This document shows, one piece after another, positions 33,002 to 43,502 of a stretch of DNA of 64,000 bases. A program made the position numbers and the translations under genes. The stretch comes from an uncultured Oscillospiraceae bacterium. GTDB taxonomy: Bacteria > Bacillota > Clostridia > Oscillospirales > Oscillospiraceae. The first letter of the stretch is position 1. Each line of letters opens with the position of its first letter. The notes under the pieces were generated by a model that searched no databases, was not told the origin of the DNA, and saw only the letters and a list, made by a program, of their open reading frames with translations. The DNA lies in contig CANQJZ010000008.1 in assembly GCA_947624385.1 (NCBI GenBank), positions 2,226 through 66,225 on the forward strand, given 5' to 3'.

Positions 33002-34809
33002 CCGTTCAAAATGGCCATGAACTCGTCGCCGGTGATGGTCTCGTGCTCATAGAGATACGCCGAAAGCTCGTCCAGCTTGGCCCGGTTTTCGGTGAGTATT
33101 TCAACGGCCTTGTCGTGCTGCTTTTTCACGATGGCCACCACCTGCTTGTCTATCTCCGCCGCGGTCTCGGCGGAACAGGCCAGGGACGCGTCGCCGCCAA
33201 GATACTGGTTTGTAACCGTCTCCAGCGCCACCATGTCGAAATCCCTGCTCATGCCGTACCGGGTGATCATGGCCCGGGCCAGCTTGGTGGCCTGTTCGAT
33301 GTCGTTGGACGCGCCGGTGGTGACGGAGCCAAAGGTCACTTCCTCCGCCGCCCGACCGCCGGTGAGGGTGGCGATCTTGTTCTCCAGCTCCTCCCGGCTC
33401 ATGAGATTCTTGTCGGTCTGCTCCACCTGCATGGTGTAGCCCAGCGCCCCGGAGGTCCGGGGGATGATGGTGATCTTCTGCACCGGCGCGGAGTTGGTCT
33501 GTTTGGCCGCCACCAGGGCGTGGCCGATCTCGTGACAGGCCACGATATGCTTCTCCTTATCGGTCAAAATGGCGTTCTTCTTCTGGTACCCGGCGATGAC
33601 CACCTCGATGCTCTCCTCCAGGTCCGCCTGGGTCACGAACCGCCGGCCGTCCCGGACGGCCCGGAGCGCCGCCTCGTTCACGATGTTGGCAAGCTCCGCG
33701 CCCGACGCGCCGGAGGCCATGCGGGCCACCCGCTCATAGTCCACATCCTCGCCGATCTTCACCTTCTTGGCGTGTACCTTCAATATGGCCTCCCGGCCTT
33801 TGAGGTCGGGAAGCTCCACCGGCACCCGCCGGTCGAAGCGGCCAGGACGGGTCAGGGCCGGGTCCAGGGACTCGGGCCGGTTGGTGGCCGCGAGAATAAT
33901 GACGCCGTTGTTGGCCTCGAAGCCGTCCATCTCGGTCAGGAGCTGGTTCAGGGTCTGCTCCCGCTCGTCGTTGCCGCCGGGGCCGCCGGCGTTGCGCTTT
34001 TGGCCGATGGCGTCGATCTCGTCGATGAACACGATGCAGGGGGCCTTCTCCTTGGCCTGCTTGAAGAGGTCTCTCACCTTGGACGCGCCCATGCCCACGA
34101 ACATCTCCACAAATTCCGAGCCGGACATGGAGAAGAAGGGCACGTTGGACTCGCCGGCCACGGCTTTCGCCAGCATGGTCTTGCCGGTGCCCGGAGGGCC
34201 CACCAGCAGCAGACCCTTGGGCATGGACGCGCCGATCTCCTTGTACTTATCCGGGTTTTGCAGGTAGTCCACGATCTCCCGCAGGTTGTCCTCCGCCTCG
34301 TCCACGCCCTCCACGTCGGAGAAGTGGATGCCGTCGGAGCTGCTCACGTATACCTTGGCGTTGGACTTGCCCATATTGAACATCATGGAGTTGCCCCCGG
34401 CCCGGTCCATGAGCTTCTTGCTCATGAACTGGCCGATGCCCACGAACAGCACGATGGGCAATATCCAGTACAGGAAAAACGACAGCAGCGGCGAGGTCTG
34501 CTCCACGATCTGGCTGGAAAAGGCCACGCCGGCCTCGTGCAGTCTATCCACCAGGCCCAGGTCCTGGATGGGGCCAGTCTTATAGACCTGGGTCTGGTCC
34601 TTGTCGGTGAACAGGATCTGGTTCGACTCGATCTGCACCTGGCCCAGCTCGCCGGTCTCCGTCATGGTCATGAAGGTGCCGTAGTCCACCTCTTTGATCT
34701 GCCGCCGGGCCAGCCAGGGCATGAACAGCAGGTTGAACAGCACCAACACCAGCATCACGATGCCGTAATAAAAAATCAGCGGCTTTTTCGGTTTCTTGAC
34801 TTCTTGCAT
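32998..34809 (-). CDS. ftsH: ATP-dependent zinc metalloprotease FtsH
   Basis: Two TM helices, [20 protein letters not shown] region and HEIGHA zinc motif. Confidence 0.95.
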   Translation of the reverse strand: MQEVKKPKKPLIFYYGIVMLVLVLFNLLFMPWLARRQIKEVDYGTFMTMTETGELGQVQIESNQILFTDKDQTQVYKTGPIQDLGLVDRLHEAGVAFSSQIVEQTSPLLSFFLYWILPIVLFVGIGQFMSKKLMDRAGGNSMMFNMGKSNAKVYVSSSDGIHFSDVEGVDEAEDNLREIVDYLQNPDKYKEIGASMPKGLLLVGPPGTGKTMLAKAVAGESNVPFFSMSGSEFVEMFVGMGASKVRDLFKQAKEKAPCIVFIDEIDAIGQKRNAGGPGGNDEREQTLNQLLTEMDGFEANNGVIILAATNRPESLDPALTRPGRFDRRVPVELPDLKGREAILKVHAKKVKIGEDVDYERVARMASGASGAELANIVNEAALRAVRDGRRFVTQADLEESIEVVIAGYQKKNAILTDKEKHIVACHEIGHALVAAKQTNSAPVQKITIIPRTSGALGYTMQVEQTDKNLMSREELENKIATLTGGRAAEEVTFGSVTTGASNDIEQATKLARAMITRYGMSRDFDMVALETVTNQYLGGDASLACSAETAAEIDKQVVAIVKKQHDKAVEILTENRAKLDELSAYLYEHETITGDEFMAILNG

Positions 34810-34826
34810 GATCTTATCTCCCCTTT

Positions 34827-35957
34827 TTATTGATCGGATGTTTCGCTCTGGGCGTATTCCGCCTCCAGAAGCCTGCAGATATCGCCGGCGGCGTCGGCGG
34901 GAATGACCCGGCGCTGGGCCGCGATCATTTCCTCCCGTGCGGCGCTGTCCAGCAGCCTGTCGCAGGCGTCCGCCAGCTCATCCTCCGGCGACGTGACGGC
35001 AAGGCTCATGCCGTTTTGGGCGAAAAAGTGCATATTGCTGGTCTCGCAGCCCGGTATGGGCGTGATATGTATCAGCGCCGTGCCCGCCACGGCCGCCTCG
35101 GTGGAGGACAGCCCTCCCGGCTTGGAAAGGTACAGGTCGCTGGCCTTCATGTAGTCCGCCATCTTATCGGTAAAGCCCAGCACGGTACACCGCCCGCCAA
35201 AGGCCTCCCGCACCTCTTTTTCCAGGTCCCGGTTGCTGCCGCAGACCACGACGATCTCGGCGCTGCTCTCGTACCGGTCCAGCAGGATGCCCACCACCTG
35301 GCGGATGCTCCCCGCGCCGATGCTCCCCCCGGCCGCCAGGATGACCTTCCTGTCCGGGTCCAGACCCAGCCGCGCCCGTATGGCCGCCCGGTCCTCCCGC
35401 TGGCGAAAAGCCGCCCGGACCGGGATGCCCAGGGGCCGTATACGCGCCTCGTCGATGCCCCGGCCCACAAATTCCGCCGTCAGCTCCTTCGCGGGGATGA
35501 TGTACCGGTCCAGGTCCGTCTCCTCCGTGAAGGGGATACAGGCGTAGTCCGTGGCGACGAAACAGGTCCGGGGCATTTTGACCCTGCCACGCCGCTTCAT
35601 GCTGGTCAGCATCTCCGCCGGGAACAGGTGGGTGGTCACCACCGCGTCAAAGCCGTTTCCCTCGATGTAGTTTTCCAGCAGCGGCTCCATCAGCCGGTTG
35701 AGCCGGTAGACGGGGGAGGGGAACGGCAGGTTCCGGTACACGTCCCCCAGCTTATAGGCCGCGCCGAAGGCGTTGGGGGCCTTCTGGGCCAATAAAATAT
35801 AGGCCTTGTCCACCACCTCCGCCACCTGGTCGTTTTTCAGGGTGTAGGGGTTCATGGTCGTGACGGCGTGACCGCGGGCTTTCAGCGCCTCGGCCACCGC
35901 CGCGCAGGCGGTGTTGTGTCCGCCGCCGGTGCCGCATGTGAGCGTCAGTACGTTCAT
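34827..35957 (-). CDS. MGDG-synthase-family (GT28) glycolipid glycosyltransferase, UgtP-like
   Basis: TCGTGGGHNTA N-terminal motif and a C-terminal GT-B fold (SKPGG.S..EA). Confidence 0.85.
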   Translation of the reverse strand: MNVLTLTCGTGGGHNTACAAVAEALKARGHAVTTMNPYTLKNDQVAEVVDKAYILLAQKAPNAFGAAYKLGDVYRNLPFPSPVYRLNRLMEPLLENYIEGNGFDAVVTTHLFPAEMLTSMKRRGRVKMPRTCFVATDYACIPFTEETDLDRYIIPAKELTAEFVGRGIDEARIRPLGIPVRAAFRQREDRAAIRARLGLDPDRKVILAAGGSIGAGSIRQVVGILLDRYESSAEIVVVCGSNRDLEKEVREAFGGRCTVLGFTDKMADYMKASDLYLSKPGGLSSTEAAVAGTALIHITPIPGCETSNMHFFAQNGMSLAVTSPEDELADACDRLLDSAAREEMIAAQRRVIPADAAGDICRLLEAEYAQSETSDQ

Positions 35958-35981
35958 TTTCTTCTTCCTCCCGTCAGCCCG

Positions 35982-37574
35982 TCAATTCTGTTTAAATTCC
36001 CGCAAGATCAAGCCGGGGTTTTTCTCTTCCGCCCAGCGGATGGACCACTGGCCGCCGAAGACAAGAAGGTCGTTGCCCTTGAAGTCCTGCACCCACCGGG
36101 AGTCGGTGCCCAGATTGAGCCTGGACAGGTCCATGTCCTTGTTTTCCACCCAGCGGACGAACTGGTACGGCAGCCCCCGCCGGCGCACGTCCACGCCGTA
36201 CTCCGTCTTGAGCCGGTACTCCAGCACCTCCAATTGCAGCACGCCCACCACGCCCACGATGACCTCCTCCAGGCCGCTGCCCGGCGCGTGGAAGATCTGT
36301 ATGGCGCCCTCCTGGGCTATCTCCGTCATGCCCTTCTCAAACTGCTTGCGCTTCATGGTGTCGATGCGCTCCACGGCGGCGAATATCTCCGGGGCAAACG
36401 TCGGGATGCCCTCGAAGGTGACCTTTTTGGCCTTGTCGCAGACTGTATCGCCGATGGCGAAGATACCGGGGTCGAAGATGCCGATGATGTCCCCGGCGTA
36501 GGCCTCGTCGATGATCTGGCGGTTCTCCGCCATCATCTGCTGGGGCTGGGCCAGCCGCAGCGTCTTGCCGCCCTGCACGTGCAGATACTCCGTGTCCCGT
36601 GCGAACCGGCCGGATACGACCCGCATGAACGCGATACGGTCCCGGTGGGCCTTGTTCATGTTGGCCTGTATCTTGAACACGAAGGCGGAAAAATGCTCGT
36701 CGAAGGGGTCCACCACGCCCTCCGCCGCCTGTCGTGGCAGAGGCGTGGGGGTCAGTGCAAGAAAGCTCTTCAAAAACGGCTCCACGCCGAAATTGGTCAG
36801 GGCCGAGCCGAAAAACACCGGGCTCAACTGCCCCTTGTGGACCTGGTCGATGTCAAATTCATAGCCCGCCCCGTCCAAAAGCTCCACGTCCGCTTCCAGC
36901 GTCTCCCGGAGCGTCTTGCCCAGCAGCGCGTCCAGTGCTTCCGTGTCCTGGAGGGTGTGTTCCTCCGCCTGGATACGGCTGGACCCTCGGTGTGCGTCGC
37001 CGAAGGACAGTATCTTGCCGCTGGCCCGGTCGTACACGCCCTTAAAATCCCGACCGCAGCCGATGGGCCAGTTCATGGGATAGGTGCCGATGCCGAACTC
37101 GTTTTCCAGCTGCTCCATCAGGTCGTAGGGACTGCGGGCCTCCCTATCCAGCTTGTTGATGAAGGTGAAGATGGGGATATGGCGCATGGCGCAGACCTTG
37201 AAGAGCTTTCGGGTCTGGGGCTCGATGCCCTTGGCCGCGTCGATGACCATGACGGCGCTGTCCGCGGCCATCAACGTCCGGTAGGTGTCCTCGGAGAAGT
37301 CCTGGTGGCCCGGCGTATCCAGGATGTTGATGCAGCAGCCGTCGTACTCGAACTGCATGACGGAGGACGTGATGGAGATGCCCCGCTGCTTTTCCAGCTC
37401 CATCCAGTCGCTCACCGCGTGGCGGGCGCTGGCCTTGCCCTTCACCGCCCCGGCCAATTGGATAGCGCCTCCGTATAAGAGCAGCTTTTCCGTCAGGGTG
37501 GTTTTGCCCGCGTCCGGGTGGGAGATGATGGCGAAGGTCCTGCGCCGGGCGATCTCCTTTTGCAAATCGGCCAT
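35982..37574 (-). CDS. prfC: peptide chain release factor 3
   Basis: RRTFAIISHPDAGKTTLTEKLL, DTPGHQDF, NKLD GTPase motifs. Confidence 0.95.
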   Translation of the reverse strand: MADLQKEIARRRTFAIISHPDAGKTTLTEKLLLYGGAIQLAGAVKGKASARHAVSDWMELEKQRGISITSSVMQFEYDGCCINILDTPGHQDFSEDTYRTLMAADSAVMVIDAAKGIEPQTRKLFKVCAMRHIPIFTFINKLDREARSPYDLMEQLENEFGIGTYPMNWPIGCGRDFKGVYDRASGKILSFGDAHRGSSRIQAEEHTLQDTEALDALLGKTLRETLEADVELLDGAGYEFDIDQVHKGQLSPVFFGSALTNFGVEPFLKSFLALTPTPLPRQAAEGVVDPFDEHFSAFVFKIQANMNKAHRDRIAFMRVVSGRFARDTEYLHVQGGKTLRLAQPQQMMAENRQIIDEAYAGDIIGIFDPGIFAIGDTVCDKAKKVTFEGIPTFAPEIFAAVERIDTMKRKQFEKGMTEIAQEGAIQIFHAPGSGLEEVIVGVVGVLQLEVLEYRLKTEYGVDVRRRGLPYQFVRWVENKDMDLSRLNLGTDSRWVQDFKGNDLLVFGGQWSIRWAEEKNPGLILREFKQN

Positions 37575-37612
37575 ATGATATACCTCGTTCCGGTTGATTC
37601 CAAACGTCCGCT

Positions 37613-37648
37613 GACGGGAGGCGGACCCGCGTGTGTCCGCCTCCCGTC
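37613..37648 (-). terminator. terminator-like hairpin between the HTH-membrane gene and prfC
   Basis: 14-bp perfect stem gacgggaggcggac / gtccgcctcccgtc. Only a short T-run follows on the minus strand. Confidence 0.5.
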
Positions 37649-37703
37649 AACCTATACATATTATCATCCTTTTCGCGCAAAATCAACCGGGCCGGTATGC
37701 ATA

Positions 37704-38723
37704 TCAGCGCTTTTTCCGCTTTGCCAGCAGGTCCAGCAGCGCCATGACCCCGCCGAACAGCACCCCCGCCGGGGGCCAGACGATCCAGGTGAAGCCCCAG
37801 CGCCCGGTGGCAAAGCTCCAGGCCAGATACCCCGCCGTGACGGTGCACCAGTACAGCGGCGGCAGCGCCCGGTACCAGGGCCGCTTCTTCTCCGGGGCGT
37901 AGTCCCCCTCCTGCAAAAGCATCTGATACCCGTCCCAGGGGGCGGATACGCTCAGGATCAGGTACACCCCCGCGGCCACCAGTATCAGCAACAGCCCCAC
38001 GCCGCCCACCGCGAATACCAGCGTGTGTAACACCAGCGCGTGTATGTTGCCCCGCAGAGACGTCAAAATCACCGGCACGGCGGAGAGCACACACAGGCAT
38101 ACGCCCGCCGTCAGCCGCCGGACCCGGACCGGCTCCAGCGCCTCCATCCGGCTCCGGGCCAGGGCCTCCACGCCGGGTCCGGCGGTGAATATCTCCTTTT
38201 CCAGATACTCATATTTCCCCAGCTTCATCCCCCAACGCACGAAAATGGCCACCGCCGGCACGATGAACGCAAACAGCACGGTCAGCCCCAGGCCAGTCGC
38301 CGCGCCTTCGCTCATAGGAATATGCAGCGAATAATAGGTTTTCAGTCCCCCCAGCAAGATGAGGCACACCGGGCTCAGGATGCACAGTGCCACCGCCAGG
38401 GCCGTGGGCCGCGCCGACGCCTCCTTCAGGTCCGCGAACGCCTTGGCTTCCTCCAGCGTCACCTGCCGCAGAGGCTCGGCCTCGGGCTCCGCCGGCAGGG
38501 CCGGCGTCTCCGGCTCCGGCGACTCCAGCTCATCTTTTATTAGGTAATCCGTGCTCACGCCGAACAGCCGGCTCAGCTCCAGCAGCTTATCCAGCGTGGG
38601 GGCTGCCAGGTCCCCTTCCCACTTGCTCACCGACTGACGGCTCACGTCCACCCGGTCGGCCAGGTCCTCCTGGCTCCAGCACTCTTTCTTTCGCAGCGCG
38701 ACGATCTTCTCGCCCATGGTCAT
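37704..38723 (-). CDS. membrane-anchored XRE-family HTH regulator (N-terminal HTH_3, about six C-terminal TM helices)
   Basis: Start MTMGEKIVALRKKECWSQEDLADRVDVSRQSVSKWE with AGGAGG 9 nt upstream. Hydrophobic C-terminal two-thirds. Confidence 0.8.
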   Translation of the reverse strand: MTMGEKIVALRKKECWSQEDLADRVDVSRQSVSKWEGDLAAPTLDKLLELSRLFGVSTDYLIKDELESPEPETPALPAEPEAEPLRQVTLEEAKAFADLKEASARPTALAVALCILSPVCLILLGGLKTYYSLHIPMSEGAATGLGLTVLFAFIVPAVAIFVRWGMKLGKYEYLEKEIFTAGPGVEALARSRMEALEPVRVRRLTAGVCLCVLSAVPVILTSLRGNIHALVLHTLVFAVGGVGLLLILVAAGVYLILSVSAPWDGYQMLLQEGDYAPEKKRPWYRALPPLYWCTVTAGYLAWSFATGRWGFTWIVWPPAGVLFGGVMALLDLLAKRKKR

Positions 38724-38884
38724 AGGACGCTTCCTCCTTTCAGAACTGCCCCCAGCATACAGGAATTTCCCGTTGCGGGCAAGAAAGCGGACTTGAAAAT
38801 CCCGCAACCTGTAGTTGCGTCGTCGAAATTCGCTCCATAGGTCAGGACCCGGCACGCATGCCGGGTCCTGAATATTCCGCGATT

Positions 38885-39090
38885 TCTCCTCTCCCCACGC
38901 GACAGGCGTGCCGCGTGGGGACCCCGGGAATAAGGAAGAGGATCAAATGGCCCCCTCTGACGAGGGGGCTGTCAGCGCTCCGCGCTGACTGGGGGAGAGA
39001 TATTTAAATCCTCTTTCTTATCGAAAGCCCCCTTTACACAAGGGGGCCTTTCGATATGGTAACCCCGGGGCGCAATGCGTCCCGGGGTCA
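38885..39090. repeat. GC-rich mosaic hairpin repeat, locus H (five modules)
   Basis: ccccacgcg/cgcgtgggg (38893-38920), ggccccctc/gagggggc (38949-38969), gtcagcgc/gcgctgac (38971-38989), tcgaaagccccc/gggggcctttcga (39021-39054), accccggggcgc/gcgtcccggggt (39062-39088). Confidence 0.85.
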
Positions 39091-39109
39091 CTTTTTGTTT
39101 TTCGCTTTA

Positions 39110-39655
39110 TTACTCGCCGAAATACCTTTTCAGCAGTCCCGCGAAAGCTTTCCCGTGGCGGGCCTCGTCACGGGCCATCTCGTGGACGGTGTCGTGGATG
39201 GCGTCAAGGTTCAGGGCCTTGGCGCGCTTGGCCAGGTCGGTCTTGCCGGTGGTGGCGCCGTTCTCGGCCTCCACGCGCATCTGGAGATTCTTCTTAGTGG
39301 AGTCGGTGACGACCTCGCCCAGCAGCTCCGCGAACTTGGCGGCGTGCTCGGCTTCCTCATAGGCAGCCTTTTCCCAGTACATGCCGATCTCGGGATAGCC
39401 CTCGCGATGGGCCACGCGGGCCATCGCCAGGTACATGCCCACCTCGGTACACTCGCCCTGGAAGTTGGCGCGCAGATCGCACATGATGTCCTCGGGCGCG
39501 CCCTGGGCCACGCCCACCACATGCTCGGACGCCCAGGTCATCTCGCCCGCCTGCTTGACGAACTTCTCTGCGGGGGCCTTGCACTGGGGGCAAGCCTCGG
39601 GGGGATTCTCCCCCTCATATACGTAACCGCAAACACTGCAAACCCATTTAGCCAT
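39110..39655 (-). CDS. rbr: reverse rubrerythrin (N-terminal rubredoxin-like CxxC...CPxC, C-terminal diiron ferritin-like domain)
   Basis: [25 protein letters not shown] followed by E..E..H diiron ligands (EEAEHA, DEARHG). Confidence 0.9.
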   Translation of the reverse strand: MAKWVCSVCGYVYEGENPPEACPQCKAPAEKFVKQAGEMTWASEHVVGVAQGAPEDIMCDLRANFQGECTEVGMYLAMARVAHREGYPEIGMYWEKAAYEEAEHAAKFAELLGEVVTDSTKKNLQMRVEAENGATTGKTDLAKRAKALNLDAIHDTVHEMARDEARHGKAFAGLLKRYFGE

Positions 39656-39808
39656 AATGATGTACCTCCATAAAATTCAGCATAGCTCCTAAGTATCGGT
39701 AGCCGTGCTTAAATATAGCGCATTTTCCGCCGGAATGTCAATAGGCTTGGCAACGGCGCGTCGGCTATGTTATAATCCTCGCAAAGAATGTATAAAGGAG
39801 CAGCGATC

Positions 39809-41068
39809 ATGATACGCTTTTTTAACGGACCTGTGCTGGAGCCCGCCGGCGTGACGGAAAACGAGGTCTGGGTGGACGGGACCGCCATCGCCTATGTGGG
39901 CCCCGCGCAGGAGAACATGCCCGCCTTTGACCGGCAGATAGACCTGAACGGCGATCTTCTCATGCCGGGGTTCAAAAACGCCCACACCCACTCGGGCATG
40001 ACGTTTCTGCGCTCCGCGGCGGACGACCTGCCCCTGCACAAGTGGCTGGAAAAGCAGGTCTTTCCCGCCGAGGCCAGGCTGACGCCGGAGAGCACCGCCG
40101 CGTTCGTGAAGGTGGCGTTTTTGGAGTACATCGCCAACGGCATCACCGCCTGCTTCGACATGTACTACCACACGGACGAGATCGCCCGGATAAGCCGGGA
40201 CTGGGGGTTCCGGACCGTGCTGTGCGGCAGCTTCACCGCCGGGAACGACTGGTCGGAGCTTTATGATTTCTACGACCACTACAACCACGACTTCGGCCCG
40301 CTGGTGTCGGCCCGGCTGGGCTTTCACGCGGAGTACACCACCAACCGGGAGAAGCTGGAATACCTCTCTAAGGTCTGCCACGAGCTGAAAGCGCCGGTGT
40401 GGTGCCACAATTCCGAGACTGCCTCCGAGGTGGCGGACTGCATCGCCCGCCACGGCATGACCCCCACCGGGCTCTTCGACACCCTGGGGCTGTACGACTA
40501 CGGCGGCGGCGGCTACCACTGCATCTACATGACCGACGAGGACCTGGATATCTTCGCCCGCCGGGGGTTGACCGCCGTGCTGAACGCCTGCTCCAACGGC
40601 AAGCTGGCCAGCGGCTTCTTCCATCTGAAGGAGGCCGTGGCCAAGGGCGTACACCTGGCCGTGGGCACCGACGGCCCCGCCTCCAACAACGCCCTGGACA
40701 TGTTCCGGGAGATGTATCTCATCAACATCATGGCCAAGCTCCGGGAGGAAAACGCGGCGGCCGGCGACCCGGCCCTGATCCTGGACGCGGCCGTGTCCGG
40801 CGGCGCGAGGGCCATGGGCCTTACGGACTGCGACGCCATCGCGGCCGGCAAGCAGGCGGATATGATCCGCATCGACATGGGTCGGGCCAACATGCGCCCG
40901 GTGAACAACGTGGTGAAGAATCTGGTCTACTCCGGCAACCCCGCCAATGTGCGCATGACCATGGTGGCGGGCAAGGTCCTGTACGAAAACGGGGAATTTT
41001 TCGTGGGCGAGGACCCTGCGGCCGTGTACGCCGAGGCGGAAAAATATACCAGAGCGATCTTGGGATAA
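39809..41068 (+). CDS. mtaD: amidohydrolase, 5-methylthioadenosine/S-adenosylhomocysteine deaminase-like
   Basis: PGFKNAHTHSGMTFLRSAADDLPLHKWL, ..HNSET.., GTDGPASNN motifs. AAAGGAG upstream of the ATG at 39809. Confidence 0.85.
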   Translation: MIRFFNGPVLEPAGVTENEVWVDGTAIAYVGPAQENMPAFDRQIDLNGDLLMPGFKNAHTHSGMTFLRSAADDLPLHKWLEKQVFPAEARLTPESTAAFVKVAFLEYIANGITACFDMYYHTDEIARISRDWGFRTVLCGSFTAGNDWSELYDFYDHYNHDFGPLVSARLGFHAEYTTNREKLEYLSKVCHELKAPVWCHNSETASEVADCIARHGMTPTGLFDTLGLYDYGGGGYHCIYMTDEDLDIFARRGLTAVLNACSNGKLASGFFHLKEAVAKGVHLAVGTDGPASNNALDMFREMYLINIMAKLREENAAAGDPALILDAAVSGGARAMGLTDCDAIAAGKQADMIRIDMGRANMRPVNNVVKNLVYSGNPANVRMTMVAGKVLYENGEFFVGEDPAAVYAEAEKYTRAILG

Positions 41069-41075
41069 AACACAA

Positions 41076-41260
41076 CATCGAAAGCCCCCCTTGTGTAAAG
41101 GGGGGTGGCCCGCAGGGCCGGGGGGATTGTTACCAAGCTGGGATGTATTACCAGGCCCGGTAACAACCCCTCCGCCTCGCTTCGCTCGCCACCTCCCCTT
41201 GCACAGGGGAGGCGTTTCACATGGAAAACCGGGGCGCGAAAGCGTCCCGGTTTTGTTTTT
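41076..41260. repeat. GC-rich mosaic hairpin repeat, locus I, ending in a bidirectional terminator
   Basis: tcgaaagcccccc/gggggg hairpin, ggggattgttacc/ggtaacaacccc long stem, cctcccctt/ggggagg (41192-41212, the reverse complement of 13602-13622), aaaaccggggcgc/gcgtcccggtttt (41225-41254) plus a T-run. Confidence 0.85.
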
Positions 41261-41269
41261 ATACGTTTT

Positions 41270-41728
41270 TCAATCCCCGGACGGTTCCTCGTGGCCGGTG
41301 GGTTCCACGAACTCCAGCGTCTCACCGCAGGCGGGGCACTGGATGGAGCCCTTTTTCAGGTCCTCTTCCTCAAAGGTCACGACCTCGCCGCAGGCGGGGC
41401 AGCGCACGTCGTAATACACGGTCTTGCCGTCCCAGTCGGCGGCCTCCATGTCGTCGTCCATATCATCGTCCATATCGTCCAGGTCGTCGTCCAGGTCATC
41501 CTCCACGTCGCCGAAGAGCACGTCCTCCACGTCCTCCAGGTCGTCGCTGACGGCGTCCAGGCCCTCGCCAAGCTCGGCGATGTCCGCGCCCATATCCTCC
41601 TGCTCCAGCGCCAGGTCCTCCAGCACGTCCAGGATGTTGGTCAGCAGCTTGCCCTCTTTGGTGGTCGGGTCGATGCCGTAGCCCTCGGCCAGGCCCTTCA
41701 GATACGCGACTTTTTCCGGTGTGGTCAT
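41270..41728 (-). CDS. highly acidic protein with a C-terminal double CPACG zinc ribbon (conserved efp neighbour, function unknown)
   Basis: D/E-rich centre (DDLDDDLDDMDDDMDDDME). C-terminal VRCPACGE...IQCPACGE. Confidence 0.7.
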   Translation of the reverse strand: MTTPEKVAYLKGLAEGYGIDPTTKEGKLLTNILDVLEDLALEQEDMGADIAELGEGLDAVSDDLEDVEDVLFGDVEDDLDDDLDDMDDDMDDDMEAADWDGKTVYYDVRCPACGEVVTFEEEDLKKGSIQCPACGETLEFVEPTGHEEPSGD

Positions 41729-41755
41729 GCAAAAGCCTCCTTGCGGTATTGCCTG

Positions 41756-42319
41756 TTATCCCTTGGCCCGGCCCAGGTACTCGCCGGTGCGGGTGTCGAT
41801 CTGGATGCGCTCGCCCGGCTCGATGAACAGGGGCACCTTGATCTCGGCGCCGGTCTCCAGCGTGGCGGGCTTGGTGGCGTTGGTGGCGGTGTTGCCGGCG
41901 AAGCCGGGGTCGGTCTCGGTGATCTCCAGCGTCACGAAGTTGGGCGGGTCCACGGCGAACACCACGCCCTTGTAGGAGCTGATGGTGCAGGTCTCGTTTT
42001 CCTTCACGAACCGGAAGCCGTCGGACAGCTTGCTCTTGTCGATGGGCACCAGCTCATAGGTCTCGCCGTCCATGAAGTAGTAGATATCGCCGTCGGAGTA
42101 GCTGTACTCCATGTCCTTGTGCTCCACGTAGGCGTTTTCAAACTTCTGGGTGGGGTTGAAGGAGGTCTCCACCACCGCGCCGGTGATGACGTTCTTCATC
42201 TTGGTCCGCACGAAGGGGGAGCCCTTGCCGGGCTTGACGTGCTGGAACTCGATGACCTGCATGACCTGACCGTCCATCTCAAAGGTCACGCCGTTGCGAA
42301 ATTCGCCTGCTGAAATCAT
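41756..42319 (-). CDS. efp: elongation factor P
   Basis: [18 protein letters not shown]...[16 protein letters not shown] pattern. Confidence 0.95.
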   Translation of the reverse strand: MISAGEFRNGVTFEMDGQVMQVIEFQHVKPGKGSPFVRTKMKNVITGAVVETSFNPTQKFENAYVEHKDMEYSYSDGDIYYFMDGETYELVPIDKSKLSDGFRFVKENETCTISSYKGVVFAVDPPNFVTLEITETDPGFAGNTATNATKPATLETGAEIKVPLFIEPGERIQIDTRTGEYLGRAKG

Positions 42320-42393
42320 ATGTTTATCCTCCGTTGAGTATTTTATACGAACGATTCATTGTACAATAAAATTCCCGCTTTGACAACCCCCGA

Positions 42394-43458
42394 TTACAGG
42401 ATTATCAGCTCCTTTGGGGCTTTGGTTAAATCCTCCGCCCCATCCTCGCGCAGCCAGAGCATGTCCTCGATGCGCACGCCGAACCGGCCGGGCAGGTAGA
42501 TGCCCGGCTCGGCGGAGATGACCGCGCCGACGGGCAGGGGCTTGTCGTTGCCGGGCCGTGCGCCCGGGTCCTCGTGGATCTCCAGGCCCAGGCTGTGGCC
42601 GAAGCCGTGGCCGAAATACTGGCCGTACCCCGCGTCGGCGATGACCCTGGCGGCGGCGTTATGCACGGCCGCGCCGGTGACACCGGGCTTGCCGGCCTCC
42701 TCGATGCCCGCCAGCTGGGCTTGCAGCACCGTGTCGTAGACCTTTCTCATCTCGTCCGTCACGTGCCCCACCGCCACGGTCCGGGTCATGTCGGAGCAGT
42801 ACCCGTTATAGAGCGTGCCGAAGTCCATGGTGATAAAGTCCCCGGCCTGGACCACGTTGTCCCCGGGCACGCCGTGGGGCATGCTGCTCTTGGCGCCGGT
42901 CACCACGATAGGGTCGAAGGAGTTGCCCTCGCCGCCGTATTTGTACATCCGGTACACCAGCTCCGCGGCGATCTGCTTTTCCGTCATGCCCGGTTTTATC
43001 AGGCCCAGCACCTCGTCCAGGGCCTTTTCCGCGATGCGCTGGGCGGCCGTGATGGAATCCACCTCGTACCGGTCCTTTATCGCCCGCAGGTCCCGTAAAA
43101 TGCTCCCCGCGTCAACAAGAGGCACGCCCACGGCCTTTTCCAGCCAGGTCCATCGGGCGTGGCTGAGCCGGTCCGGCATGGCCCCGGCCTTTTCAAAGCC
43201 CGCGTCGGCGAATATCCCGCCCAAAATGGCGCTCAGGCCCTTGTCCCGGCTGGTACACAGAACCTGCATGTCCGTGATGGCGGCGGCGGCCGCCTCTACG
43301 TACCGGGAGTCGGTGACCACCCAGGCCTTGTCCCGGCCGATGACGGCCGCGCCGTCGTCGATATGGAACCCGCAGGCGTATTTGATGCTCACCGCGTCGG
43401 TCATCACCAGCGCCGGCAGATCGCCCAGCGCGGCCTGGATCTTCTTCACATTTGACAT
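42394..43458 (-). CDS. pepP: Xaa-Pro aminopeptidase (M24B)
   Basis: Start MSNVKKIQ with AAGGAG upstream. DFG..Y.GY.SD.TRT, HG.GH.LGLE.HE and PG.Y.......R.ED motifs. The ORF-track 5' extension is GC-rich read-through. Confidence 0.9.
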   Translation of the reverse strand: MSNVKKIQAALGDLPALVMTDAVSIKYACGFHIDDGAAVIGRDKAWVVTDSRYVEAAAAAITDMQVLCTSRDKGLSAILGGIFADAGFEKAGAMPDRLSHARWTWLEKAVGVPLVDAGSILRDLRAIKDRYEVDSITAAQRIAEKALDEVLGLIKPGMTEKQIAAELVYRMYKYGGEGNSFDPIVVTGAKSSMPHGVPGDNVVQAGDFITMDFGTLYNGYCSDMTRTVAVGHVTDEMRKVYDTVLQAQLAGIEEAGKPGVTGAAVHNAAARVIADAGYGQYFGHGFGHSLGLEIHEDPGARPGNDKPLPVGAVISAEPGIYLPGRFGVRIEDMLWLREDGAEDLTKAPKELIIL

Positions 43459-43502
43459 GAACTTTATCGCTCCTTTGCTCCGGCTTACCGCCGGTATCAT
43501 TC

